Program-made: the position numbers and the translations under genes
The notes under the pieces: model-generated
The model's database searches: none
The model's input: the letters and a program-made list of their open reading frames with translations, nothing else
Told to the model about the DNA's origin: nothing
Part shown: in pieces, positions 8,925-16,944 of the stretch
Position numbering within the stretch: the stretch's first letter is position 1
How the letters are laid out: every line of letters starts with the position of its first letter
Assembly (NCBI GenBank): GCA_037189525.1
Contig: JBBCJC010000002.1
Span: 160,001-224,000, forward strand
Source: Gemmatimonadales bacterium
Lineage (GTDB): Bacteria > Gemmatimonadota > Gemmatimonadetes > Gemmatimonadales > GWC2-71-9
Length of the DNA stretch: 64,000 nucleotides
Direction of reading: 5' to 3'

Positions 8925-11900
8925 ATGAGCCTCTACGAGCACGAGACGCAACCATCGGACCTTCAGGGGAACGACACGCTGTCACTTCCCGAGATGAGCG
9001 AATATCTGCTCGCCATGCGACACGAACTGCGAGCGCCGCTCAACGCCATCATCGGCATGTCGGCCCTGCTGCTCGACGATGATGTCACGCTCCGCCAGGC
9101 GCAGTACGTCAAGAGCGTCCACGCGGCCGGCGAGAGCCTGTCCGTCATCCTGAACGACGTGCTCGACCTCGCCAGTGTCGCGGCCAACCGGCTGGCCATC
9201 GAACCGATTCCGTTCGACCTCAAGTCGATGATCGAAGAGACGGCCAGCGCGCTGGCGCCGAAGGCCAACGAGCGCGGCCTGGCGTTGCGGGTCGACTGGC
9301 GTCCGGAGCTGCCCCGCTACCTGGTGGGCGACCCGGGCCGGACCCGACAGGTCATCGGCAACCTGGTCGGTTACGCCGTCAACGGCACCACCCACGGTGA
9401 GGTCGTCATCCGCGTCACGCCGGACGGCGAGCGGAGCGGCATCCCGGCGATCCGGTTCTCGGTGGAGGACACCGGCATCGGCATTGCCCCGAATCGCTTG
9501 GCGCGCATCTTCGACGAGTATGTGCCGCTCGACGCGTCGCCCTACCGCTCGTTCGGCGTCACCGGCCTCGGACTTCGTCTTTCGGCCGAATTGGTTCGGC
9601 TGATGAACGGGGTGATCCACGCCGAGAGCGAGCCGGGCCGCGGCAACCGCCTCTGGTTTTCGATTCCGATGCCCACGGCGGCACAGTACGAAACCGGCGT
9701 CGGCACGGAGCCGGCTCTGACGGGAGGCGGCCGCGCCCTGATCGTCGAAGCTGACTTCTCCAACCGCTCCCGCTTCGCGCAGCAGTTCCAGGACGCCGGC
9801 TGGCGGGTCGAGTTCACCGACGACATCGACTCGGTCGGTGCGCAACTCCGGCAGGCCATTACCGAGGGCGACCCGTATCGGACCTGCATCATCTCGCACT
9901 ATGCGGTCCGGCCGATCCACATGGAACTCGCGCGCGACCTCAAGGCCGATAGCCTGCTCGCGCCGGTGGCGCTGGTGATGGTCACGGCCGTTGGCAGCCC
10001 GGGCGATGGACAGAAACTCTGGAGCGCGGGTTTCGCCGCCTATCTGCGGAAGCCGGTGCCGGCAGAAGAGATTCGCGAGTCGCTGGAGGCTTTATCGCGC
10101 TTGGGGCCGACCGGAAAGGGCAACTCCCTGATTACCCGCCACTCGCTGGCGGAAATCCGGAATGCGCAATCGTTCGAGGTCGAGGGCATCGATGAGATGC
10201 TCGCGAGCCTGACCGCCCCGGAGGAATCGACCACCGCATCGTCCGCAGCTACCGCGCCGAGCGATGTCTCCGCGCAGCTGGACGACGCGGCAATCCAGGC
10301 GTCGGCTGCGGAGCCGACTGCCGAATTCACTGCCGAGCCGGTCGAGTCTTCGAACGAAGCGGGCAACGAGGCGAGTGAGGTCAGTGCCGACGCCAATGCG
10401 TCCACATCGCTGCCGCCGGCGCTCGGCGCCCTGCTGGCGCTTCCGGTGCCTGAAGTCCAGGAAGAGCAGCCCTTGGCGGTCGACGTGACCGCCGTCGAAT
10501 CTGATGCTTCTGAGGCGCTGCCCGACGCGGCCACGTCCAAAGCCAGCCTCTCTGTACCCGAAGCCCTCGATGCGGACTCGAGCACAGAGGCCCTCGTCGA
10601 ATCGGCAACGAGTCTGTCGGCCGCGCCCGAAGTCGAGTTCGAGATCGAGGCCGAAGCGGAGCCTGCCCGGCAATCGGAGCCGCTCCTGCTCGCGGCACCC
10701 CAGGATGTATCGCAGGACGTACCGAGCGAGCCGGCAGCCCTGTTCGGACCAGCCGTCCCACCGATCGTCGAGTCGAGCGCATCCGCGCCGACGCTCTTCC
10801 ACGCTGAGCTCGATATCCTTGCTCCGCCCGCGATTGCGCCGACTCCGGAACCTGTCGAAGCGGCAGTGGTAGCGCCGGACACCAGCGCGGCCGAGGCTAC
10901 GATCGCAATCGAGATCAGTGCCAATGTCAGTGAGGATGCCGTTGTGGCCTCCTCGGAGATCACCGGTGTCGACGCGGACATCACGATCGAAGCCACCATT
11001 GCCGAGCAAGACTCGACCGGCGAAGCCGCGATCGATGAACCGACAGCGCAGCTTCCGGCTTCACTGATCGACGGGCACCAGGATGCGCTCTGGGAATCCG
11101 AACCGATCGTCCCGACGCTCGAGGGGCTGGTGACCCAGGCGGACGAGGCGATCGACGCTCCGAGCGCGGTGATCGAGTCGGTCACCCTGACCTCGCCCGG
11201 AGACTACCTGGTCGACCATCCGTCGGAGCCCGTCGCGATCGAATCCGCAGCTGCCGAGCCCGCACCGGCCATCGATCAGATTGCGGCAGCTGAGCAAACG
11301 GAGATCGAGCAAGCAGAGATCGAACAAGCGCCGGTCGAAGTTGCCTCGCTGATCGAGCAGTCTGTGAGTATCGAGTCCTCGGATGCCATCGACGCGACGG
11401 TCACGGTGGAACCCACCTCACTAGTCGAGTCCGAATCGGCCGTCGACGCGGATACCTTCTTGGCCATCGAGCACGGCGCAACCGAGACCATCGAATCGAC
11501 TGAAACCGTCGTCGAGACGCCCGACGCGCCGATCGAGTCGATCCTCGACAGCAACGATACCGACGGCTTTGCCGCCACAACCTCCGAGCCTGCGGACGCA
11601 GACCCGGACCTCGAACCGGAACAGGACATCGACGTCTCGACGTTCGACGTCGTGAGTCCGCAGCTGCTCGATCAGCTCTCCACCGGCGGCGGCTTCTTCA
11701 CCCAGCACGTGGTCACCACGTTCCTGCGGGATGGAGGCGCCCAAGTCGAGCATCTCGCCACGGCGCGCGACGCGCAGCTGGCGGAATCGCTCGACAAGCT
11801 GGCCCATGCGGCCGAGTGGGTTGGCGCGGCACGACTGTCGGCCCTGGTTGCCGATGCTGCGGCTCGCTTCGAGCGGACCGGACGGGTCAGCCCGACCGCA

Positions 11901-12320
11901 CGGATCGCGGCCGCGCTGGCCGAGGCACGCACTACTCTCGATTTCGCGAGTCCGCAGGGCCTTCCGGCCGAGCTGCCCGCCATCGGGGCGACCTTTGCCG
12001 AGCAGTTGTCGCCGTCGCAGGAAGGGTCGGGCCGTCTGCTGGCCGTCACGCTGGCAAACAGCTTCGTGTCGGAAGCCCCGGTCCGTGCATCCGAGCTGCG
12101 CGATGCCGTCGCGCAGGGCAACACCGATGCAGCCCAGCGGCTGGCTCAGACGCTCAAGGGCATGTGCGGCCTGATCGGCGCCGAGCCGCTTGCCAAGCTG
12201 GCGGCACTCGTCGAGGCGGATGCCCGTCTCAAGCGGCTCGGCCAGACCGAGCGCTATCTGACACACATCGACCTCGAGCTGGAACGAGTTCGTGCCTTTC
12301 TCGATCAGGCCCGCGCCTAG
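8925..12320 (+). CDS. Atypical hybrid histidine kinase: HisKA, HATPase, pseudo-receiver, long acidic linker, two HPt-like domains
   Basis: H-box HELRAPLNAIIG, G1 EDTGIGI, G2 TGLGL, receiver MVTA/YLRKP, HPt AQTLKGMCGLIGA. Confidence 0.88.
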   Translation: MSLYEHETQPSDLQGNDTLSLPEMSEYLLAMRHELRAPLNAIIGMSALLLDDDVTLRQAQYVKSVHAAGESLSVILNDVLDLASVAANRLAIEPIPFDLKSMIEETASALAPKANERGLALRVDWRPELPRYLVGDPGRTRQVIGNLVGYAVNGTTHGEVVIRVTPDGERSGIPAIRFSVEDTGIGIAPNRLARIFDEYVPLDASPYRSFGVTGLGLRLSAELVRLMNGVIHAESEPGRGNRLWFSIPMPTAAQYETGVGTEPALTGGGRALIVEADFSNRSRFAQQFQDAGWRVEFTDDIDSVGAQLRQAITEGDPYRTCIISHYAVRPIHMELARDLKADSLLAPVALVMVTAVGSPGDGQKLWSAGFAAYLRKPVPAEEIRESLEALSRLGPTGKGNSLITRHSLAEIRNAQSFEVEGIDEMLASLTAPEESTTASSAATAPSDVSAQLDDAAIQASAAEPTAEFTAEPVESSNEAGNEASEVSADANASTSLPPALGALLALPVPEVQEEQPLAVDVTAVESDASEALPDAATSKASLSVPEALDADSSTEALVESATSLSAAPEVEFEIEAEAEPARQSEPLLLAAPQDVSQDVPSEPAALFGPAVPPIVESSASAPTLFHAELDILAPPAIAPTPEPVEAAVVAPDTSAAEATIAIEISANVSEDAVVASSEITGVDADITIEATIAEQDSTGEAAIDEPTAQLPASLIDGHQDALWESEPIVPTLEGLVTQADEAIDAPSAVIESVTLTSPGDYLVDHPSEPVAIESAAAEPAPAIDQIAAAEQTEIEQAEIEQAPVEVASLIEQSVSIESSDAIDATVTVEPTSLVESESAVDADTFLAIEHGATETIESTETVVETPDAPIESILDSNDTDGFAATTSEPADADPDLEPEQDIDVSTFDVVSPQLLDQLSTGGGFFTQHVVTTFLRDGGAQVEHLATARDAQLAESLDKLAHAAEWVGAARLSALVADAAARFERTGRVSPTARIAAALAEARTTLDFASPQGLPAELPAIGATFAEQLSPSQEGSGRLLAVTLANSFVSEAPVRASELRDAVAQGNTDAAQRLAQTLKGMCGLIGAEPLAKLAALVEADARLKRLGQTERYLTHIDLELERVRAFLDQARA

Positions 12321-12333
12321 TCTGCCTGCTTTC

Positions 12334-12374
12334 GCGCCTCGGGCTTCGGAACCGATTTCCGGAGCCTGAGGCGC
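12334..12374 (+). terminator. Stem-loop after the kinase gene
   Basis: GCGCCTCGGGCTTCGGAA / TTCCGGAGCCTGAGGCGC pair with G-U wobbles on the + strand. There is no U-tract. Confidence 0.4.
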
Positions 12375-12430
12375 GCGCGTTGGGCCGGGGCTGGCCGCCC
12401 GGAATCCCTCGACAATACCTTTAGACATCC

Positions 12431-13273
12431 ATGCTGCCCGAGGGGGCCCGCGTGTACCGATCCTCCAACTTCGACTTTTCCGATCAACGGATCCCGGCCC
12501 GGTACGACGAGCGTCTCGTCCCGGTGCTGTTCGCGCCGTGGGGTGAAGGGTTGGTTGGTCATGCCAAGCCGTCGCTGGGGATTCGGGCGTTGGACGTCGC
12601 GACCGGACCTGGTACGGTCGCACGGATCCTGGCCCGGAAGATCGGAGCGAAGGGGATGGTCGCGGGGTGTGACGCGTCACCGGCCATGATCACACGGGCG
12701 CAGTCCAAACCCGAGCGCACCGAGTACGCGCCGACGGCCTATACGGTCTGTCCGGCGGCGCCGCTGCCCTATCCGGATGCGGCCTTTGACCTGGTCACCT
12801 GCCAGCAGGGGCTCCAGTTTTTCCCCGACGGCGCCAGTGCACTGTCCGAGATGCGGCGGACCCTGGTGCGGGGAGGACGGCTGGCGGCGAGCGTGTGGTG
12901 CCAACCGGAGGACTGCACCATTTTCTTTGCCTATCAGCAGGCGCTGCGTCGTGCCGGACAATCGGAGCTGGCCGACCTGATGCGCATTCCGTTTCCGCAC
13001 TGGACCGCCGAAGACATCCGCGCCCGTGTTGCCGCCAGCGGCTTTTCCTCCGTCCAGGTGGGCGACGAAACGCGGGACCTCGTTTTCGACGGCGGCTTGC
13101 AGCAGGCCCTGGCCGCCTTTGCGGCCACACCGATCGGCCCGGCCGTCGATGCCCTTCCCGATACCGACCGGGCCGCCATTGCCGATGCCGCTCGCCACAC
13201 CTTTGCGCCCTGGACCGTCGACGGCGTGATTCGCGGCCCGATGCGGTCGTGGATCATCCTGGCCACGACCTGA
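12431..13273 (+). CDS. Class I SAM-dependent methyltransferase (UbiE-like)
   Basis: ALDVATGPG motif I, LPYPD.AFDLVTCQQGLQFFPD and EMRR.L..GGRL. Confidence 0.9.
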   Translation: MLPEGARVYRSSNFDFSDQRIPARYDERLVPVLFAPWGEGLVGHAKPSLGIRALDVATGPGTVARILARKIGAKGMVAGCDASPAMITRAQSKPERTEYAPTAYTVCPAAPLPYPDAAFDLVTCQQGLQFFPDGASALSEMRRTLVRGGRLAASVWCQPEDCTIFFAYQQALRRAGQSELADLMRIPFPHWTAEDIRARVAASGFSSVQVGDETRDLVFDGGLQQALAAFAATPIGPAVDALPDTDRAAIADAARHTFAPWTVDGVIRGPMRSWIILATT

Positions 13274-13274
13274 C

Positions 13275-13829
13275 ATGCTCCGTCGCATTGCCGTCATCGC
13301 CGGCCAGGCGGAATTGGTCAGTCCCGACGAGATCGCGGCCGCCCTGCAGGTCGGACGCCTCCTGGGCGAGAACGCCGTAACGCTGGTCTTCGATAGCGCA
13401 GCAACCGGCATGATCGAAACCGTGGCCGACACCGCCATCCAGAGCGGCGGGCGCCTGCTGGGCATTCGGCTCGACGGCCAGACCGCGGGGCGATCCGACC
13501 TGGCGGAGGACCGCATCGCGGCCTCGCGCGGCGAATGGTGCGAGGAGGTCGGCCGGCTGTCCGATGCGTTCCTGGGTCTTCCGGGGGGATTCGCGTCGCT
13601 GGGCGAAGCGTTTGCCATTTGGGACTGGGGCGGCGGCAGTATCGATCGTCCATTGGGACTGCTCGATCAGGGCGGGTACTACAGCACGCTGCTCAAGGAA
13701 GGATCCGACGATGTGGTCGACCGCTTCGTCATCGAATCTCAGCGCGGACAGCTGATCGTCGGCACGAGCGCGGCCGAACTGCTGCGTCGCCTGGCCGACT
13801 ACCGGGCGCCCGAAGGCCGGCGGGAGTAG
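13275..13829 (+). CDS. LOG/lysine decarboxylase-like family protein, divergent
   Basis: SDAFLGLPGGFASLGE (variant of PGGxGTxxE), P.GLLD..GYY and the family's overall layout. Confidence 0.8.
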   Translation: MLRRIAVIAGQAELVSPDEIAAALQVGRLLGENAVTLVFDSAATGMIETVADTAIQSGGRLLGIRLDGQTAGRSDLAEDRIAASRGEWCEEVGRLSDAFLGLPGGFASLGEAFAIWDWGGGSIDRPLGLLDQGGYYSTLLKEGSDDVVDRFVIESQRGQLIVGTSAAELLRRLADYRAPEGRRE

Positions 13830-13838
13830 CGACCAAGG

Positions 13839-14324
13839 CTACTCGGTGTCGCCCTTCGTCTTGCGCACCTTGCGGTTGAAGACATTGTCGAGCGGAACGC
13901 CGAGCACCAGCACCACGATGCAGAGGCCGAGCGCCAGCAACGCGGTGCGCCAGAGGCCGACTCCCGCGGCCACACCGAGCGCGGCCGCCACCCAGATCGA
14001 CGATGCCGTCGTGATCCCCTTGACCTCGGTATCGCGATGGCGCTGCAGAATGGCGCCCGCGCCGATGAAGCCCACCCCCGCAACGACACCCTGGATCACC
14101 CGGCTCAACGCATCACCCGCAATCGGCGTCCCGGGCGCCAGCGCCACGAGCGGGACCAGGACGAAGAGCGCCGAGCCTAACGCCACCATCGCGTGGGTGC
14201 GGAGCCCGGCGGGCTTCCGGTGAATTTCACGGTCCAGGCCGACCGCCGCGCCCAGTCCGACCGCACCAACCAGCCTGAGCGCGACATCGAGCCAATCGTC
14301 GGGGATACGAACCGATTCGATCAT
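13839..14324 (-). CDS. MgtC/SapB family membrane protein
   Basis: GLDRE..KPAGLRTH, SRVIQGVVAGVGFIGAGAI and GITTASSIW. Confidence 0.92.
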   Translation of the reverse strand: MIESVRIPDDWLDVALRLVGAVGLGAAVGLDREIHRKPAGLRTHAMVALGSALFVLVPLVALAPGTPIAGDALSRVIQGVVAGVGFIGAGAILQRHRDTEVKGITTASSIWVAAALGVAAGVGLWRTALLALGLCIVVLVLGVPLDNVFNRKVRKTKGDTE

Positions 14325-14416
14325 GTTCCGGGGACGACGGCTGGAGCCGAAACGCACACGCCGGCATCCTGGGACGCCGGCGTGGCGGGAACGAACATGG
14401 CGGGAACCCGCTCCGT

Positions 14417-16756
14417 CTACTCCCCGTCCGGAGCAGCCGATCGGGCCCACGGTTCGGTCGGCTGCACTATCTCATAGTCGACCGGCGGCGTGACACCCAT
14501 CAGGTGCTGGACGAAGTAGTCCCAGCGCCGGCGAACGACATACGGCTCGTTGAGTCCGTGCGCCCGGTTGGGCAGCACCAGGAAGTCGAAGGTCTTGTTG
14601 GCCTTGATGAGCAGATCAGCCACCTGGAGCGTCATCGCGGGATGCACGTTGTCGTCCATGTCACCGGTCATCAGGAACAGCTTGCCCTTCAGATTCTTGG
14701 CATACGCTCCCGTAGCCGACGACGCAAAGTTGTCGGTCTTCCTGACCGTGTCACGAACCATCTGGCCCTGATACTTCTCGGCCCAATAGATGTTGTAGCT
14801 CCGATTATCGTGGTTGCCGGCAGTCGAGACGGCCACCTTGAAGAAATCGGGGAAGCGGAGAATCGCATCGGTCGAGGCAAAACCGCCGCCCGAGTGTCCG
14901 AAGATGCCGACGCGATCGACATCGAGCCCCGGATAACGAGCAGCCAACTGCTTGACCGCTTCGATCTGGTCCGGCAAGCCGTTGTCGATGAAGTTGGCGT
15001 AGTAGTTGTCGTGGAACGCCTTGGAGCGCAACGGCGTGCCCATCGCATCGAGCTGGATGACCACAAAGCCGAGCTGGGCCAGTGCAAACGCCTCGGCGCC
15101 CGACCGGAAGTTCCAGGCGCGCACGCTGCCGATCTGCGGTCCCGGATAGATCTCGACGATGATCGGGTAGCTCCCGGTGCTGTCGAACGCCGGCGGGAAG
15201 AAAATCAGGCCGTTGAGATCGGTGACGCCGTCACGCGCCTTGGTCGTGAAGACCTGGGCCGGCCGCCACCCCACTTCGCGGAGCCGCGACACGTCGGCCG
15301 TTTCGAGCGTCCGAATGATTCGTCCGTCCACCGCGGACCGCAGTACCGTCACGGTCGGCGTTTCGATCCGCGAGTAGCTATCGATGAAATACCGGCCGCT
15401 CGGCGCGAACTGGACCTCGTGCGTGGCATCTTCCGGCGTCAGCAGGGTCAGCCCGGAGCCGTCGAAGTTGACCCGGTACAGCTTGGCATAGTACCAGAAG
15501 TGGCCGGCCTCACGACCACGCGCCGTGAAGTAGATCTGCTTGGCCGTCTCGTCGACATGCTGAATGGCGCTTGCAAACCAGGCGCCTTCGGTCAGCCGGT
15601 TGCGGATCGAGCCGTCCGGCGCCAGGCGATAGAAATGCGCCCAGCCGTCCCGCTCCGACCACCAGAACGTGTCCTGTCCGTCGCGCGTGACGTACCAGGT
15701 CTGCGGCTCGTTAGGCGGAGCCAGCTCGACGTAGGTCTTGGAGCTGTCGGCCGCGCGGAGACGGACCGTGCCGGTGGCGGCATCGACCTCGTGGAGCGTG
15801 GCCCGCTGCGAGCCGCGACCCAGAGCGCTGACGTACACCTTATCGCTGCCGTCGCTCCAGACCGAGTCGCGCGCCGATCCGCTGAGCGTGATCTGCACCG
15901 GCTGCGGAGCGATGCGAACTTCCCGGTTGGACTTGCTGGCAACATCGATGATGTGCAAGGTCGGCACCGGGATGATCGAGTCGCCCGGCAACGCATACGG
16001 CTGGCTGTAGTGCTTGGGCCGCTGGTGCGTCATCGAGATGTAGTGCATGTGCGCCACCTGGCGCTCGTCCTGGCGGCTCACCACCAGCTTCTTCGAGTCG
16101 GGCGACCAGCGGATCATCGGCGCCCGCGGCTGGGGCCGGACCACCTGGTTGGGACGCGGCGCGGTGAGCCCATAGCCCCAGTGCTCGACCCCGTCGGTCG
16201 TCAGCTGGGTCGAATCTTTGCCGCCCCGCGAACGAACCCAGACGTTGTGCCCGGAGATGAAGGCTTCCTGGCGCTTGTCCGGCGACAGGATATACGGCAC
16301 CTCACTCGGCAGCGTGTCGGACACTGCGCAGCGATAGGCCACGATGTCGCAGACGAAGCGCTTCCGGTTGGCGTTGAATTCGATTTCCCGCTCGTTCTGG
16401 CCATCGTTGGTAAACCGGAACCGGGCAAACGGCAGCCGGGCAGGATCATAGGCCGAGTCGCGCGCGACACTCATCGCGGCTGCCAGCTTTGCGGTCTCGA
16501 ACACCAGCCCGCGGGTGTTTCGCACCGGATCGACCAGGACGAACTCGGCGCCGGCCGCCGTCTTGTTGCGGTACCAGAACCGATTGCCATCCGGATACCA
16601 CTCGGCCCGAACCGAGTCGCCCGTGACCAGCCGGGCCGTGTGCCAGGGGAGGAGCCGTTCGGCTCGGGCATAGTCGACCTGGGCCAGGAGGGGCGCGGTC
16701 GAGCCTAACGAGAGCGGAAGCGCCAGCAGCAGGGCGCGCACCGTTCGAGGTGTCAT
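14417..16756 (-). CDS. S9 family (dipeptidyl peptidase IV-like) serine peptidase, exported
   Basis: Signal peptide, DPP IV N-terminal propeller, GHSGGG nucleophile, DDNVH and NRAHG. Confidence 0.93.
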   Translation of the reverse strand: MTPRTVRALLLALPLSLGSTAPLLAQVDYARAERLLPWHTARLVTGDSVRAEWYPDGNRFWYRNKTAAGAEFVLVDPVRNTRGLVFETAKLAAAMSVARDSAYDPARLPFARFRFTNDGQNEREIEFNANRKRFVCDIVAYRCAVSDTLPSEVPYILSPDKRQEAFISGHNVWVRSRGGKDSTQLTTDGVEHWGYGLTAPRPNQVVRPQPRAPMIRWSPDSKKLVVSRQDERQVAHMHYISMTHQRPKHYSQPYALPGDSIIPVPTLHIIDVASKSNREVRIAPQPVQITLSGSARDSVWSDGSDKVYVSALGRGSQRATLHEVDAATGTVRLRAADSSKTYVELAPPNEPQTWYVTRDGQDTFWWSERDGWAHFYRLAPDGSIRNRLTEGAWFASAIQHVDETAKQIYFTARGREAGHFWYYAKLYRVNFDGSGLTLLTPEDATHEVQFAPSGRYFIDSYSRIETPTVTVLRSAVDGRIIRTLETADVSRLREVGWRPAQVFTTKARDGVTDLNGLIFFPPAFDSTGSYPIIVEIYPGPQIGSVRAWNFRSGAEAFALAQLGFVVIQLDAMGTPLRSKAFHDNYYANFIDNGLPDQIEAVKQLAARYPGLDVDRVGIFGHSGGGFASTDAILRFPDFFKVAVSTAGNHDNRSYNIYWAEKYQGQMVRDTVRKTDNFASSATGAYAKNLKGKLFLMTGDMDDNVHPAMTLQVADLLIKANKTFDFLVLPNRAHGLNEPYVVRRRWDYFVQHLMGVTPPVDYEIVQPTEPWARSAAPDGE

Positions 16757-16944
16757 GGAAGCTTCCCGTACGCAGATGGGGTGTGTTGTGGCGAACCCTG
16801 GCAATTTCTCCACCCCGCGCGCCTGCCGCCAGCCCCGGGAAACTGCCGGGACTTGACTTCCCGGCTCGCGGGCCCATTGTGCGGAGATTCGGACGGACGC
16901 CACTCGAGGCCCCGTCACGCCATGACCCGGACCCAGGGCCACCC

